From Candidatus Omnitrophota bacterium (lineage in GTDB: Bacteria > Omnitrophota > Gorgyraeia > Tantalellales > Tantalellaceae): DNA of 64,000 bases. Positions 18,221 to 30,533 of this stretch are shown one piece after another. The notes under the pieces were generated by a model. The model worked only from the letters and a program-made list of their open reading frames with translations. It searched no databases and had not been told where the DNA came from. Each line of letters starts with the position of its first letter. Position 1 is the first letter of the stretch. The translations under genes were made by a program, and so were the position numbers. The stretch is taken from contig JBDRBY010000081.1 in the NCBI GenBank assembly GCA_043822245.1, positions 10,773-74,772 of the forward strand, read 5' to 3'.

Positions 18221-19615
18221 GTGATGAGAGAACAGTATCCGAGAGAACGTATAAAAAATTTCAAAGAAGTGCCGTATGGTTATTCGGTTGAAGAGGCTGT
18301 AAATGAAGCGTCAAGGTGTCTGCAATGTAAAAACGCGCCGTGCGTGAAAGGTTGTCCCGCTGAAATAGATATCCCTTCTTTTATCAAAGCCATTAAAGAA
18401 AAAAGGTTTCAATACGCGAATCCTATCATTAAAAAGACGAATAATCTTCCCGCGGTGTGCGGCAGAGTTTGCCCCCAAGAAGACCAATGCGAAAAAATGT
18501 GCGTGCTGATGAAGGCGAAGAAGGCGATTAATATCGGAACTCTTGAACGTTTCGCGGCAGATTGGGAACGGGAAAATATCGGAAACGATTCTCCCAATGC
18601 CTCCGCTTGTCATTGCGAGCCTGTCAATGTCAGGCGAAGCAATCTCAATAAAGAAAAAGTGGCGGTTATAGGCGCGGGACCGGCGGGCCTTACCTGTGCC
18701 GCGGATCTAGCGGATAAGGGATACAGGGTAACTGTTTTTGAGGCACTGCATAAACCCGGCGGAGTTTTAACTTATGGGATTCCGGAATTCAGGCTTCCTA
18801 AAGATATAGTGTACGGCGAAGTGGACGCGATACGCGCTCTTGGCGTGGAAATTAAATATAACTATGTGATCGGCAGGATTAAAACTATTGAAAAATTACG
18901 GCAAGAAGGATATGAGGCGTTTTTTATAGCCACAGGCGCGGGCTTGCCGTATTTTCTTGAGATTGAAGGGGAGAATCTCAGTGGTGTTTATTCAGCCAAT
19001 GAGTTTTTAACACGCGTGAATCTTATGAAAGCGTATAAGTTTCCGGAATATGATACGCCCATAAATGTAGGCAGGAAAGTGGCGGTTGTAGGTGCCGGTA
19101 ATGTGGCTATGGATTCGGCAAGGTCGGCGTTGAGGCTGAACGCCGAAAAAGTTTACATTGTTTACCGGCGCAGTGAAGAAGAAATGCCCGCGCGTATTGA
19201 TGAAATTCATCACGCGAAGGAAGAGGGAATAGAATTTCATCTTTTGACAAGCCCGGTAAAGATAATCGGCGATAAAGACGGAAACGTGCGAAAAATGGTA
19301 TGCCTGAAAAATAGGCTTGCTGAACCGGACGCGAGCGGCCGGAGGCGGCCTGTGGCTATTGAAGGGTCAGAGTATGAGATGGATATTGATACTGTTATAA
19401 TCGCGGTTGGTAACGGGCCAAACCCGCTTTTACTTGAGACAATAAAGGATTTAAAACTTACCATAAAAGGAAACATCGAAGCCGACGAAAACGGCAAAAC
19501 GAACGTAAAGGATATCTTTGCCGGAGGTGACATTGTCACCGGCTCCGCGACAGTCATAGCCGCCATGGGTGCCGGCAAACAAGCCGCGAAAGCGATTGAC
19601 AATTATTTAATGTAG
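18221..19615 (+). CDS. nfnB: NfnB / homotetrameric NADPH glutamate synthase-like subunit (GltA/SudA)
   Basis: 'RCLQC...CVKGCP', 'CGRVCPQEDQCE', two GxGxxG/A motifs; adjacent to nfnA. Confidence 0.9.
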   Translation: MMREQYPRERIKNFKEVPYGYSVEEAVNEASRCLQCKNAPCVKGCPAEIDIPSFIKAIKEKRFQYANPIIKKTNNLPAVCGRVCPQEDQCEKMCVLMKAKKAINIGTLERFAADWERENIGNDSPNASACHCEPVNVRRSNLNKEKVAVIGAGPAGLTCAADLADKGYRVTVFEALHKPGGVLTYGIPEFRLPKDIVYGEVDAIRALGVEIKYNYVIGRIKTIEKLRQEGYEAFFIATGAGLPYFLEIEGENLSGVYSANEFLTRVNLMKAYKFPEYDTPINVGRKVAVVGAGNVAMDSARSALRLNAEKVYIVYRRSEEEMPARIDEIHHAKEEGIEFHLLTSPVKIIGDKDGNVRKMVCLKNRLAEPDASGRRRPVAIEGSEYEMDIDTVIIAVGNGPNPLLLETIKDLKLTIKGNIEADENGKTNVKDIFAGGDIVTGSATVIAAMGAGKQAAKAIDNYLM

Positions 19616-19670
19616 GGACAGCCCCCAGTGGCTGTTCGTTATATGCTATTTCAAAACCAAAGGGAGATTT

Positions 19671-22600
19671 ATGCCACGACGAAAAGATATCCACAAAGTT
19701 CTCATAATAGGGTCCGGCCCGATTATTATCGGGCAGGCGTGTGAGTTTGATTATTCCGGGACTCAGGCTTGTAAAGCGTTAAAGGAAGAAGGGTATGAGG
19801 TGGTTTTGGTAAATTCTAATCCGGCGACGATAATGACTGATCCCGGGACAGCTGACAGGACATACATTGAATCTTTAACCGTTGAAAGCGTGGAAAAAAT
19901 AATCGCGAAAGAACGCCCTGACGCGTTATTGCCGAACCTTGGCGGGCAGACAGGGCTCAATCTGGCGGCCAGTCTTTATAAGGCGGGAGTTTTAGAAAAG
20001 TATAATGTTGAGCTTATTGGCGTCAAAGCTGAAACTATTGAGAGGGGGGAAGACCGGATTGAGTTTAAGAATACCATGAATAAACTTGATATTCCTATGG
20101 CAAAGTCTGACCCATGCCACTCTGTCGAAGAGGCTGAACGAATAGCGGAAGAGCTTAAGTATCCGGTTGTCTTGAGGCCGGCCTACACTATGGGCGGTAC
20201 CGGAGGCGGGATAGCGTATAACGTTGAAGAGCTTAGAACTATTGTTACTCGTGGTTTGGCCGCAAGCCTTGTTCATCAGGTGCTGGTTGAGGAATCGGTT
20301 TTAGGATGGGAAGAACTCGAACTTGAAGTAGTAAGAGACCAGAAGAATCAGAAAATAACGGTATGCTTTATAGAAAATATTGATCCAATGGGTATTCACA
20401 CAGGAGATAGTTTTTGTTCCGCGCCTATGCTTACGGTTCCCGAATCTTTGCAAAAAAAACTGCAGGATTATTCTTATCGCATAGTTGACGCTATAGGAGT
20501 AATCGGAGGGACTAATGTGCAGTTCGCGCATAATCCCGCCGATGGCAGGGTGGTAGTAATAGAGATTAATCCCCGCACGTCCCGGTCGTCAGCGCTTGCT
20601 TCCAAGGCAACCGGGTTTCCTATCGCCAGAATATCCACAAAACTTGCCGCGGGGTTAACCTTAGATGAAATCCCCTATTGGAAAGAAGGAACCTTGGAGA
20701 AGTATCAGCCGAGCGGTGATTATGTCGTTATAAAATTCGCGCGCTGGGCTTTTGAAAAATTTCCCCAGGCAAAAGATGTGCTCGGCACCCAGATGAAAGC
20801 GGTAGGCGAAGTTATGAGCATAGGAAAGACTTTTAAAGAAGCTTTTCAAAAAGCTATCCGTTCGCTTGAGATAAAAAGATATGGCCTTGGAGTTGATGAA
20901 TTTAAAGAACTTACGCTGGAGAAACTCAAAGAAAAAATAGCCGCGCCTTCAAGTGAACGTATCTTTCAGATTTATGAAGCTTTGCGCAAAGGCGTCGCGG
21001 TGGAAGAGATACGCAAATTAACGCGTATAGGGCGCTGGTTTATCAATGAAATGAAGGAATTAGCGGATTTTGAAAAAGAAATAGAAAATGAAAAACTGGA
21101 AAATATCCCAGACGAAAAAATAATAAAGGCGAAAGAATGGGGATTTTCTGACAGATATTTGGCAGAGATGTGGAATGTCGCGGAATCCGAAGTGCGCCAA
21201 AAGAGAATATCTTTAGGTAAACACAGCCGGTACGAGCCTGTTCCAGTCAGCGGAGTTGAAAACGCGGTGTATTACTACTCAACTTATGTCGGAGAAGATA
21301 AGGTTCCGGTTTCTTCAGGAAAAAAAGTAATGATACTGGGAGGCGGCCCGAATAGGATAGGACAGGGAATTGAATTTGATTACACGTGCGTGCACGCGGC
21401 TTTCGCGCTCAGAGACGAGGGATATGAAACAATCATGGTTAACTGTAATCCGGAGACAGTCTCAACGGATTACGATACTTCAGATAAGCTTTATTTTGAA
21501 CCACTTACAGTAGAAGATGTCCTCTCGATTTGGGCGAAGGAAAAACCGGAAGGGGTTATAGTGCAGTTTGGAGGGCAGACACCTTTAAATATCGCTCAGG
21601 AATTGAAGGATAATGGAGTTAACATATTCGGCACATCACCGGAAAACATAGATTTAGCGGAAGACAGAGAGAACTTTAGAAAAAAAATAATTGAACTTGG
21701 TATTCCTCAGCCGGAAAGCGGAGTCGCGCGGTCTTTGGATGAAGCGCTTAAAATCGCGAGAGAGATAGGTTTCCCTCTTATGGTCAGGCCTTCCTATGTT
21801 TTGGGCGGTCGGGGAATGGAGATAGTTTACGATGAAGAACGGCTAAAAAAGTACGCGCTTGAAGCGATTAAGGTTAACAAAAAACAGCCGATGCTTATCG
21901 ACAGATTTTTGGAAAACGCAATAGAGGTGGAAGTGGACGCGCTTTGTGACGGAGAAAACACGTTTGTCGCGTCAATTATGGAACATATCGAGCTGGCAGG
22001 AGTCCATTCCGGTGATTCAGCGTGCGTGATTCCCTCCAGGACTATCAAAGAGAAACATCTGAAAATTATAGAGGAATACACGGGTAAGATCGCGAAAGAA
22101 CTTAAAGTTATCGGGCTGGTGAATATCCAATACGCGATTTGTAAAGATACGGTATACATCCTTGAAGCAAATCCTCGCGCGTCGCGCACAGTTCCGTTAG
22201 TTTCCAAGATGATAGGTGTTCCTATCGCCCGGATAGCTACTATGATGGTGTTGGGCAAAAAGATTAAAGATTTTCCGGAATTGCGAAAGAAAAAATTGCC
22301 GTATGTGGGAGTTAAAGAAGCGGTTTTTCCGTTTAACATGTTTCCGGAAGTGGATCCATTGCTGGGGCCTGAGATGAAGGCTACAGGAGAAGTTCTTGGA
22401 ATAGACGATTCGTTCGGGGGAGCTTTTTATAGGGCTCAGGAAGCGGCCGGTTCAAAACTTCCGCTAAAAGGAAATGTTTTATTAACCGTGGCGGATAAAC
22501 ATAAATCCGCTCTGCTTCCTATAGCGCGGAGGCTTAAGGGCATAGGTTTTAATATCTACGCGACGGAAGGAACAAGCCGTTTTTTAAAGGATAACGGTGT

Positions 22601-22871
22601 TGATAGTGTTGAAGTAAAAAAACTGCATGAAGGAAGGCCGAATCTCTTGGACGCCATAAAGAACAAGGAGATACACCTTATCATTAACACCCCTGTTGGC
22701 CGTGACAGCAAATATGATGACAGTTATATTCGTTTGATGGCGATACAGAATAAACTACCATATATCACGTCAATGGCCGCGGCGGAAGCAAGTGTGGAAG
22801 GTATTGAAGCAATGCAAAGCAAAACCATAGAACCTAAACCTCTGCAAGACTATTACAAGGAGTTGGAATAA
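19671..22871 (+). CDS. carB: Carbamoyl-phosphate synthase large subunit
   Basis: '[17 protein letters not shown]', duplicated ATP-grasp domains, C-terminal MGS domain. Confidence 0.98.
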   Translation: MPRRKDIHKVLIIGSGPIIIGQACEFDYSGTQACKALKEEGYEVVLVNSNPATIMTDPGTADRTYIESLTVESVEKIIAKERPDALLPNLGGQTGLNLAASLYKAGVLEKYNVELIGVKAETIERGEDRIEFKNTMNKLDIPMAKSDPCHSVEEAERIAEELKYPVVLRPAYTMGGTGGGIAYNVEELRTIVTRGLAASLVHQVLVEESVLGWEELELEVVRDQKNQKITVCFIENIDPMGIHTGDSFCSAPMLTVPESLQKKLQDYSYRIVDAIGVIGGTNVQFAHNPADGRVVVIEINPRTSRSSALASKATGFPIARISTKLAAGLTLDEIPYWKEGTLEKYQPSGDYVVIKFARWAFEKFPQAKDVLGTQMKAVGEVMSIGKTFKEAFQKAIRSLEIKRYGLGVDEFKELTLEKLKEKIAAPSSERIFQIYEALRKGVAVEEIRKLTRIGRWFINEMKELADFEKEIENEKLENIPDEKIIKAKEWGFSDRYLAEMWNVAESEVRQKRISLGKHSRYEPVPVSGVENAVYYYSTYVGEDKVPVSSGKKVMILGGGPNRIGQGIEFDYTCVHAAFALRDEGYETIMVNCNPETVSTDYDTSDKLYFEPLTVEDVLSIWAKEKPEGVIVQFGGQTPLNIAQELKDNGVNIFGTSPENIDLAEDRENFRKKIIELGIPQPESGVARSLDEALKIAREIGFPLMVRPSYVLGGRGMEIVYDEERLKKYALEAIKVNKKQPMLIDRFLENAIEVEVDALCDGENTFVASIMEHIELAGVHSGDSACVIPSRTIKEKHLKIIEEYTGKIAKELKVIGLVNIQYAICKDTVYILEANPRASRTVPLVSKMIGVPIARIATMMVLGKKIKDFPELRKKKLPYVGVKEAVFPFNMFPEVDPLLGPEMKATGEVLGIDDSFGGAFYRAQEAAGSKLPLKGNVLLTVADKHKSALLPIARRLKGIGFNIYATEGTSRFLKDNGVDSVEVKKLHEGRPNLLDAIKNKEIHLIINTPVGRDSKYDDSYIRLMAIQNKLPYITSMAAAEASVEGIEAMQSKTIEPKPLQDYYKELE

Positions 22872-22873
22872 AC

Positions 22874-24391
22874 ATGAAGAAGAATACCGGATTTGATAAT
22901 GAACTTTATCTGAAACAGCAGACCGAGGCGATACTTGAACGGGTTAATATGTTCGATAGTAAATTGTATCTTGAGTTTGGAGGGAAGATAATATTTGATT
23001 ATCACGCCTCGCGTGTTTTGCCCGGATTTGATCCCAACGTGAAGATGAAGCTCCTTCAAAAACTGAAAGATAAGGCTGATATATTGCTTTGTATTTACGC
23101 CGGCGATATAGAAAGAAGAAAAATCCGCGCGGATTTTGGCATTACTTATGACGTTGACGCGTTGAAATTGATAGATGATTTAAGAGAGTGGGAGATAGAA
23201 GTGCGAGCCGTGGTAATAACACGTTTTGATAATCAGCCTGCCGTGAAGATATTTAAAAATAAGCTTGAGAGGCGGGGCATGAAAGTATACACGCATCGTT
23301 ATACAAAGGGATACCCCACGGATGTGGACATGATTGTGAGCGACGAGGGGTACGGCGCGAATGATTATATTGAGACAAAAAATCCGCTGGTTATAGTAAC
23401 GGGCCCGGGCCCCGGAAGCGGGAAACTTGCCACGTGCCTTTCTCAGTTATACCATGACAATAAAAGGTGCCGAAAATCAGGATATGCCAAGTTTGAGACC
23501 TTTCCTATTTGGAATATTCCGTTGAAACATCCTGTGAATGTGGCCTATGAAGCGGCGACCGCCGATATAAAAGATTTCAACATGATCGATTCTTTTCATT
23601 TAGAAGCGTATAACAAAACCGCTGTTAACTACAATAGGGATATGGAAGTGTTTCCCGTATTAAAGAGAATTCTGGAAAGAATAACGGGAGCGGAATCAAG
23701 ATACAAGTCTCCCACGGATATGGGAGTTAATAAGGCAGGGTTCGCGATCCTTGATGACGAAGCGGTTCGTCAGGCGTCAAAGCAGGAAGTAATAAGAAGG
23801 TATTTTAGATTCGCGTGTGAACATGTGATGGGCCTGGCCGATAAAGACACCGTCGAGAGGGTGGAGCTTTTAATGAATGAGCTGAAAGTTACGACGGAAT
23901 GCAGGAGGGTTACCCTGCCCGCGCGTGAAGCGGCAAAAGAAGCCAAAGCAAAGGGCAAAGGCAATGAGGGTATTTTCTGTGGAGCGGCAATTGAGCTGAT
24001 GGACGGTTCTATAATTACCGGAAAAAATTCTTTTCTCATGCACGCCTCTTCAAGCCTCGTACTGAACGCGATAAAAAAATTAGCAGGGATACCTGATGAC
24101 ATACATTTATTATCACCAAAGACCATAGAGTCAGTAACCAGCCTGAAAAAGGACATTCTAAAATCCAAAACAGTAAGCCTGGATCTTGAAGAAACATTGA
24201 TAACACTGAGCATCAGCGCCTCTTCAAGCCCCGCGGCACAAACTGCCATGGAAAAGCTGAGAGAGCTTCATAGCTGTGAAGTTCATATGACACATATGCC
24301 GACTCCGGGTGATGAAGCGGGCCTGCGCAAACTAGGCGTGAATCTCACCAGCGAGCCCCAGTTTTCCAGTAAAAGTTTTTTTGTGGCGTAG
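22874..24391 (+). CDS. DUF1846 (UPF0371) family protein
   Basis: 'KLYLEFGGK', '[16 protein letters not shown]', 'YAKFETFP', 'SPTDMGVN'. Confidence 0.92.
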   Translation: MKKNTGFDNELYLKQQTEAILERVNMFDSKLYLEFGGKIIFDYHASRVLPGFDPNVKMKLLQKLKDKADILLCIYAGDIERRKIRADFGITYDVDALKLIDDLREWEIEVRAVVITRFDNQPAVKIFKNKLERRGMKVYTHRYTKGYPTDVDMIVSDEGYGANDYIETKNPLVIVTGPGPGSGKLATCLSQLYHDNKRCRKSGYAKFETFPIWNIPLKHPVNVAYEAATADIKDFNMIDSFHLEAYNKTAVNYNRDMEVFPVLKRILERITGAESRYKSPTDMGVNKAGFAILDDEAVRQASKQEVIRRYFRFACEHVMGLADKDTVERVELLMNELKVTTECRRVTLPAREAAKEAKAKGKGNEGIFCGAAIELMDGSIITGKNSFLMHASSSLVLNAIKKLAGIPDDIHLLSPKTIESVTSLKKDILKSKTVSLDLEETLITLSISASSSPAAQTAMEKLRELHSCEVHMTHMPTPGDEAGLRKLGVNLTSEPQFSSKSFFVA

Positions 24392-24400
24392 AAAATTAAA

Positions 24401-24587
24401 ATCCCTAAAATCCACCTAACCCACTTTTTCAAAGGGGGGATGGTTGTGTGTGGGGGTGGGGGTACTCTTAGATATAATGTCAAAAATAAAATTAGAGAAT
24501 TATGAAAAAATAATGAAGTAGTTTCCCCTCCCCCTTGAAAAAAGGAAGCCAACATTTCCCCCCTTTGAAAAAGGGGGTTAGGGGGTT
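24401..24587. repeat. Cluster of CCCCCTTT-(N)-AAAGGGGG palindromes
   Basis: e.g. TCCCCCTTTGAAAAAGGGGGTTAGGGGGTTT; the same family occurs near 5709, 17141, 37058, 40140 and 47580. Confidence 0.8.
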
Positions 24588-24629
24588 TAAACAGAAAAGG
24601 TTGAATTTCATTATGTTACATACTATAAT

Positions 24630-24658
24630 GTAGGGCAAAGGCATGCCTTTGCCGATAC
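24630..24658. repeat. GTAG-type REP palindrome
   Basis: GTAGGGCAAAGGCATGCCTTTGCCGATAC; near-identical copy at 51401 inside the murG 3' end. Confidence 0.75.
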
Positions 24659-24681
24659 GATAGACGGGAGGACATTTTAGA

Positions 24682-25914
24682 ATGATGAATAGAAAAGAAC
24701 TTATAGAAAAAGCTAAACAGCATTTTGGACAATTGGTGGAAGAACAATTAGACCGTGTCGAGATGATGAAAGGCCAAAAAGATTGGATTAATTACAAGAC
24801 ATTAAAACCGATAATTATTGGTATATGCTGGGGCGATGGTATCGGCAAGATTATTTCTAGGCATGCCGAAAAAGTTCTGAGGTATATGCTTAAGAAGGAA
24901 ACAGCCTCAGGCAGTGTTGAATTTCGCGATATTAGCGGGCTGACCATAGAAAACCGGGTTAAATGGAAAAAAGCTATTCCTGACGATGTGCTTTGTGAAC
25001 TGAAAAAATGTCATGTTATTCTAAAAGGGCCGACCACTACGCCGCAGGTTGGCGGCAAGTGGCTTAATATCGAAAGCGCGAATGTCGCTATGCGCCGTGA
25101 GCTAGATCTTTTCGCGAATGTTCGGCCCGTGAAAATACCGAGAGAAGGCGTTGATTGGTGTTTTTTTAGAGAAAACACGGAAGGCGCGTATATTCTGGGA
25201 TCGAGAGGTATAGACGTTAGCGAGAGTTTAAGTGTTGACTTTAAAGTTATAACCGAGGAAGGTTCTGAAAGAATAATCCGGATGGCGTTTGAATACGCTA
25301 AAACTAACGGTAAAAAAAGGGTTACTGCTGTTACAAAAGCGAATGTGGTGAAAACGACGGACGGAAGATTTTCCCGTATGGCAAAAAAAATTGCCGGAGA
25401 ATATTTAAAGTACGGCATAAAGCAGGATGAGTGGTATATTGACATTATGACCGCCAAACTTTTAGACCCGGCCCGGCGCAAAGATTTTCAGGTTATGGTT
25501 CTTCCTAATTTGTACGGAGATATACTTACGGATGAGGCGGCTCAGCTTCAGGGCGGAGTTGGTACCGCGGGCAGTGCCAATATAGGAAAAAAGTGGGCGA
25601 TGTTTGAAGCTATCCACGGCAGCGCGCCGCGTATGGTGGATGAAGGCCGCGATATTTACGCTGATCCGTCGTCAATGATCAGGGCCAGCGCGATGCTTCT
25701 CAGGCATATAGGTTTTACTGAAAGAGCCGATTGTTTAGATAAAGCGCTCGAAGTTTGCGGACAATTCGAGAAAAAGCTTGTTATAACAGGGAGAGATAAC
25801 GGAGCGACCGGAGAAGCATTTACCGAATACCTTTTAGAATGGGCCCAAAACCCCGAACTTGATAAAAAATGGCGGAACTTTGTCATTCCCGCGAAGAGAC
25901 AGTGTCATAATTGA
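24682..25914 (+). CDS. Isocitrate/isopropylmalate dehydrogenase family protein
   Basis: 'GDGIG', 'LKGPTTTP', 'SANVAMR', 'RENTEG', 'NLYGDILTD', 'FEAIHGSAP'. Confidence 0.9.
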   Translation: MMNRKELIEKAKQHFGQLVEEQLDRVEMMKGQKDWINYKTLKPIIIGICWGDGIGKIISRHAEKVLRYMLKKETASGSVEFRDISGLTIENRVKWKKAIPDDVLCELKKCHVILKGPTTTPQVGGKWLNIESANVAMRRELDLFANVRPVKIPREGVDWCFFRENTEGAYILGSRGIDVSESLSVDFKVITEEGSERIIRMAFEYAKTNGKKRVTAVTKANVVKTTDGRFSRMAKKIAGEYLKYGIKQDEWYIDIMTAKLLDPARRKDFQVMVLPNLYGDILTDEAAQLQGGVGTAGSANIGKKWAMFEAIHGSAPRMVDEGRDIYADPSSMIRASAMLLRHIGFTERADCLDKALEVCGQFEKKLVITGRDNGATGEAFTEYLLEWAQNPELDKKWRNFVIPAKRQCHN

Positions 25915-25993
25915 TGGCTATTCTTTAAAGTGGATTCCTGTTTTCAAAGGAATGACAAAAGTGAGGTGTCATTCCCGCGAAAGCGGGAATCTA
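25881..25993. repeat. TGTCATTCCCGCG(AAAGCGGGAATC) palindromic element cluster (RPE-like)
   Basis: Two TGTCATTCCCGCGAA starts and one GGAATGACA end; overlaps the 3' end of the dehydrogenase gene. Confidence 0.75.
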
Positions 25994-26010
25994 TAATAAA
26001 GAGTAAAATA

Positions 26011-27561
26011 ATGAAAACACACAAAAAACAAGGCATATTGATAATCGATTTTGGTTCGCAGTACGTCCAGCTTATCGCCAGGCGTGTTAGAGAAAATCGA
26101 GTCTATTCCGTAGTCAAGTCTCCCAAGATTTCCATTGAAGAAATCAAAACGATAAATCCGGCGGGGATTATTTTTTCAGGGGGGCCGGCGAGTGTTTATG
26201 ACAAAGGCGCTCCAAGGTTTGATGCGGCTGTGCTTGATTTAAAGATTCCTGTTTTGGGTATATGCTACGGGATGCAGGTCATGGGCGATGAACTGGGCGG
26301 GCATATTAAAAAAAGCGGGCGCCGGGAATATGGGCGCGCGTCTGTTTGGTTTCACCGCGAAAACGCGCTTTTCCAGGGAATTAAGCCGAAAAGCGTGACA
26401 TGGATGAGCCATTGTGACAAGGTAGATAAGTTTCCCGCCGGATTTAAAATAATCGCCAAAAGTGAAAATACCGCTTGCGCGGCGTTTGTTGACGAAAGGA
26501 GACAGATTTACGGAGTCCAGTTTCACCCTGAAGTTGTTCATACGGAGAATGGCCCTGAGATATTGAAGAATTTTTTGTTTAACATTTGTGGGTGCAAAAA
26601 AAATTGGACAATGAAATCCTTTATAACGAAAAAGATTGAAAATATTAAGAATGAAGTTGGAGACAAACACGTTGTTCTCGGCCTTTCAGGCGGGGTTGAT
26701 TCCGCCGTAAGCGCGGTTCTTTTGCATAAGGCCGTTGGAAAACAGCTTCATTGTATTTTTGTGAACAATGGCCTTTTAAGAAAGAACGAATCTGAAAAAG
26801 TGGAAAGATTGTTCAAAAAAAACATAAAATTGAATCTTGAAGTGGTAAACGCGGAAGAGAGGTTTTTAGAAGCCCTCAAAGGCGTGCTTGAGCCGGAAAA
26901 AAAACGTAAGATAATCGGTGAAACCTTTATTCGGGTTTTTGAAGAAAGCGCTAAAAAAATAGAAAACGCGGAATATCTCAGCCAAGGCACATTATACCCC
27001 GATGTAATAGAATCCCAGTCTTTTTTTGGCGGGCCGAGTAAAACAATAAAGTCTCATCATAATGTCGGCGGGCTTCCTGAAAAAATGGGGTTGAAATTAA
27101 TCGAACCGCTTAGGGATTTGTTTAAGGATGAAGTAAGAAAAGTAGGCAAAGAATTGGGTCTAAAGAAAGAAATTACCGGGCGCCAGCCGTTTCCCGGCCC
27201 GGGGCTTGCCGTACGAATAGTTGGTGAAGTGACAAAACAAAGGCTGGATATGCTGAAAGAAGCGGACAAGATTATCGTTGAGACGGCGAAAAAATATAAT
27301 ATCTATTACAAAACATGGCAGATCTTTGGAGTTTTTCTGCCGGTCAAAAGCGTGGGCGTAATGGGCGACTGCCGTACTTATGAGGACACTATCGCGATAC
27401 GAGCCGTAACAAGCGTTGACGGGATGACAGCCGATTGGGCGAAGGTGCCTTATGAAGTTCTAGCGGAAATGTCTAACAAAATAATCAACCAGGTTGAAGG
27501 AATTAATCGCGTAGTTTACGACATAAGTTCCAAACCGCCAAGTACTATCGAATGGGAGTAA
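26011..27561 (+). CDS. guaA: GMP synthase (glutamine-hydrolysing)
   Basis: 'DFGSQY', 'GICYGMQ', 'QFHPEV', 'SGGVDS', 'KPPSTIEWE'. Start moved to 26011 because the upstream extension is repeat-derived. Confidence 0.97.
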   Translation: MKTHKKQGILIIDFGSQYVQLIARRVRENRVYSVVKSPKISIEEIKTINPAGIIFSGGPASVYDKGAPRFDAAVLDLKIPVLGICYGMQVMGDELGGHIKKSGRREYGRASVWFHRENALFQGIKPKSVTWMSHCDKVDKFPAGFKIIAKSENTACAAFVDERRQIYGVQFHPEVVHTENGPEILKNFLFNICGCKKNWTMKSFITKKIENIKNEVGDKHVVLGLSGGVDSAVSAVLLHKAVGKQLHCIFVNNGLLRKNESEKVERLFKKNIKLNLEVVNAEERFLEALKGVLEPEKKRKIIGETFIRVFEESAKKIENAEYLSQGTLYPDVIESQSFFGGPSKTIKSHHNVGGLPEKMGLKLIEPLRDLFKDEVRKVGKELGLKKEITGRQPFPGPGLAVRIVGEVTKQRLDMLKEADKIIVETAKKYNIYYKTWQIFGVFLPVKSVGVMGDCRTYEDTIAIRAVTSVDGMTADWAKVPYEVLAEMSNKIINQVEGINRVVYDISSKPPSTIEWE

Positions 27562-27650
27562 TCTTTTGTCATCCTCCACGGTTGTGATAATCTGTTTTGT
27601 AGGGACAAGCCTAAGGCTTGTCCGATGTAATCTATAACACAAAATAAATC

Positions 27651-30533
27651 ATGAAACACGCCAGAATAGAAGTAAAAGACAAAAAAGAAATATACGACGC
27701 GGTCGCCGAAGGCCTTAAAAAAGATATAAGAGACCTTGGAATAAAGGGCGTTGACGAAGTTGAATATGCCGTGGTATATAATTTTCACGGAGAATTTTCA
27801 AAAAAAGACTTAATCAATATCTCTGCCGATGTGCTTACCGACAAAGTGTCTCAGGAATATGAATTAACGGACGCTTCCCAGTCAGAAACTAAAAAAGGTA
27901 TCCATATCGTGGAAATCGCTTACAATCCGGGAGTTATGGATCCTGTGGAACAAAGCGCGCTAAAGGCGGTAAAAGACGCGGGTATAAACGGAATCCATTC
28001 CATTACTACTTCAAAAAAATATTCTATTCATGGAGCTCTTTCCAAAAAAGATATCCAAGAGATAACAGAGAGGCTTTTATATAACAAGGTGATTCAGCAT
28101 GTTGTCTCAAGCCGGGAGGAACAAGAAACGTCTGTCTCCTATCGGTTTCAACGGATTGAAGTTGATATCCTAAACGCCGATGACGCTCAGTTGGAGCGTG
28201 TAAGCAGGCAGGGACAGCTCTATTTGAGCCTGATCGAAATGAGGGCGGTGAAGGAGCATTTTAAAAAGCTTAAACGTAACCCCACGGATTGTGAACTTGA
28301 GGTAATAGCGCAGACTTGGAGTGAACATTGTAAACATAAAACAATGATGGGCAGTGTTGAGTTTAACGGATGCCATATCGAAAATTTATTAAAAGACACG
28401 GTAATGAAAGTAACAAAAGAACTTGATAAAACTTGGTGCGTTTCTGTTTTTAAAGACAATGCCGGAATTATTAAGTTTGACGAAGAATATAACGTGTGTT
28501 TTAAAGTAGAAACACATAATCATCCGTCCGCTCTTGAGCCGTATGGAGGCGCGGAGACAGGTGTTGGAGGCGTAATCCGTGACCCTATGGGAACCGGCAG
28601 GGGCGCCAAACCTATCATTAACACCGATATCTTTTGTTTTGGAATGCCTGAAGCGGCATTAGAGTCAATTCCTAAAGGGGTCTTGCATCCGAAGCGCGTG
28701 CTCAAAGGCGTGGTCAGCGGAGTGAGGGATTATGGTAATAAAATGGGTATTCCGACGGTTAACGGCGCGGTTTGTTTTGATGGGAGATATACGGCTAATC
28801 CGTTGGTTTTTTGCGGTAATGTCGGGATAATGCCTGCCAAATTTTCGTTCAAAAAAGTTTCTTCCGGAGATTTGATTGTCGCTGTGGGCGGGAGAACCGG
28901 CAGGGACGGCATCCATGGCGCGACATTTTCTTCCGCAGAACTTACGTCTGAATCGGAAAAGGTTTCAGGCGCGGCAGTCCAAATAGGCAATCCAATAACC
29001 GAGAAAAAAATGTTAGATGTGCTCTTAAAAGCGAGAGATTTAGAGCTTTATGAAGCTATAACCGATTGCGGCGCGGGAGGGTTTTCGAGCGCGGTGGGGG
29101 AAATGGCGGAAGAAACCGGAGCTCTTGTGCGGCTGGAAAATATTCCGTTAAAATACAAGGGGCTCAGGCCCTGGGAGATATGGGTTTCAGAAGCGCAGGA
29201 GAGAATGGTGCTCGCGGTAAAACCGGAAAAGTTAGAAAAATTAATGGAGATTTTTGAAACTGAAAATGTGGAAGCTCTTGTCATCGGAGAGTTTACCGGC
29301 ACAAAAAAACTTCAAATATATTATGAAAAAAATGAGGTAGTTGACCTGGAAATGTCTTTTATTCATGAAGGCCTTCCTAAAATAACTCGCAAAGCTTGTT
29401 GGACGGAAAAAACGCGGGATAACAATATTCTTCTTCCTGAAAAATCCGACCTTACTAATGACCTTTTGGATATACTCGCCTCATGGAATGTGTGCAGTAA
29501 AGAATGGATTATCAGGCAGTATGACCATGAGGTTCAGGGCGGAAGCGTTTTAAAGCCTTTAGTGGGAGTCCACAATGACGGGCCTTCGGACGCTTCGATA
29601 ACAAGGCCGCTATTGAATAGCAATAAGGGAATTATCCTTGCTAATGGGATAAATCCCTTTTATGGAGATATTGATCCTTATTGGATGAGTGCCAGTGTTA
29701 TCGATGAAGCCTTGCGCCAGATTGTCGCGGTTGGTGGAAGAGTCGACAAAACCGCGCTCTTAGATAACTTTTGCTGGGGGAATACGGAAAAACCGGAGCA
29801 GTTAGGCTCATTAGTACGTGCTTCTCAAGGCTGTTACGATATGGCAAAAGTGTACGGCACGCCTTTTATTTCGGGGAAAGACAGCCTTAACAATGAGTTT
29901 AACACGGGGAGGGAAACAATTTCAATACCTCCGACTTTATTGATTTCCGCCATAAGTATTATGGACGATGTTAGAAAATCTATTTCGTCTGATATAAAAA
30001 AGGCCGGTAATTTGATATATGTAATCGGCATAACTTTTCAGGAAATGGGCGCGTCAAGATATTTTTTGTCACGTGGAGAAAAAGGGGGCGCTGTCCCAAG
30101 AGTAGATCCGGGGGAGTCGTTAAAACTTATGAATACGCTTTCTTCCGCGATTGAAAAAGGTGTGGTTTTGTCCTGCCATGACTCCTCTGAAGGCGGGCTC
30201 GCGGTTTGTATCGCGGAAATGCTTTTTTCGGGAGGGTTGGGCGCGCGGATTTCTCTTAAGAATGTGCCCAGAGAAGAATGTATAACGAGAGACGATGTTA
30301 TCCTTTTTTCAGAATCAAATTCAAGGTTTGTTGTTGAAGTGTCGCCAAAAGATAAAGGCAATTTTGAAAACGCTATGAAAGAGACGCCATATGGTTTTAT
30401 CGGTGAAGTTTTAGAAAATAAAGAATTAATCATAAAAGGTTTTGATGATGAAGTAGTAATTAGCGCAGATATCGATAAACTAAAAGAAAAATGGCAAGCT
30501 CCTTTTAAAAATTTAATGCATGAAAAAAAATAA
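27651..30533 (+). CDS. purL: Phosphoribosylformylglycinamidine synthase PurL with N-terminal PurS-like domains
   Basis: 'QTWSEHCKH', 'KVETHNHPS', 'DCGAGG', 'SEAQERM', 'QYDHEV'. Confidence 0.96.
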   Translation: MKHARIEVKDKKEIYDAVAEGLKKDIRDLGIKGVDEVEYAVVYNFHGEFSKKDLINISADVLTDKVSQEYELTDASQSETKKGIHIVEIAYNPGVMDPVEQSALKAVKDAGINGIHSITTSKKYSIHGALSKKDIQEITERLLYNKVIQHVVSSREEQETSVSYRFQRIEVDILNADDAQLERVSRQGQLYLSLIEMRAVKEHFKKLKRNPTDCELEVIAQTWSEHCKHKTMMGSVEFNGCHIENLLKDTVMKVTKELDKTWCVSVFKDNAGIIKFDEEYNVCFKVETHNHPSALEPYGGAETGVGGVIRDPMGTGRGAKPIINTDIFCFGMPEAALESIPKGVLHPKRVLKGVVSGVRDYGNKMGIPTVNGAVCFDGRYTANPLVFCGNVGIMPAKFSFKKVSSGDLIVAVGGRTGRDGIHGATFSSAELTSESEKVSGAAVQIGNPITEKKMLDVLLKARDLELYEAITDCGAGGFSSAVGEMAEETGALVRLENIPLKYKGLRPWEIWVSEAQERMVLAVKPEKLEKLMEIFETENVEALVIGEFTGTKKLQIYYEKNEVVDLEMSFIHEGLPKITRKACWTEKTRDNNILLPEKSDLTNDLLDILASWNVCSKEWIIRQYDHEVQGGSVLKPLVGVHNDGPSDASITRPLLNSNKGIILANGINPFYGDIDPYWMSASVIDEALRQIVAVGGRVDKTALLDNFCWGNTEKPEQLGSLVRASQGCYDMAKVYGTPFISGKDSLNNEFNTGRETISIPPTLLISAISIMDDVRKSISSDIKKAGNLIYVIGITFQEMGASRYFLSRGEKGGAVPRVDPGESLKLMNTLSSAIEKGVVLSCHDSSEGGLAVCIAEMLFSGGLGARISLKNVPREECITRDDVILFSESNSRFVVEVSPKDKGNFENAMKETPYGFIGEVLENKELIIKGFDDEVVISADIDKLKEKWQAPFKNLMHEKK

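Noticed and set aside
25930-26010. N-terminal extension of GuaA (and similar extensions at 47616 murD, 49153 ftsW and 32653)
   Set aside because: The extensions are translations of palindromic or heptamer repeats; downstream ATGs match the family start positions.
27651-28110. N-terminal extension on PurL as a novelty
   Set aside because: PurS-like fusions to PurL are an already known architecture.
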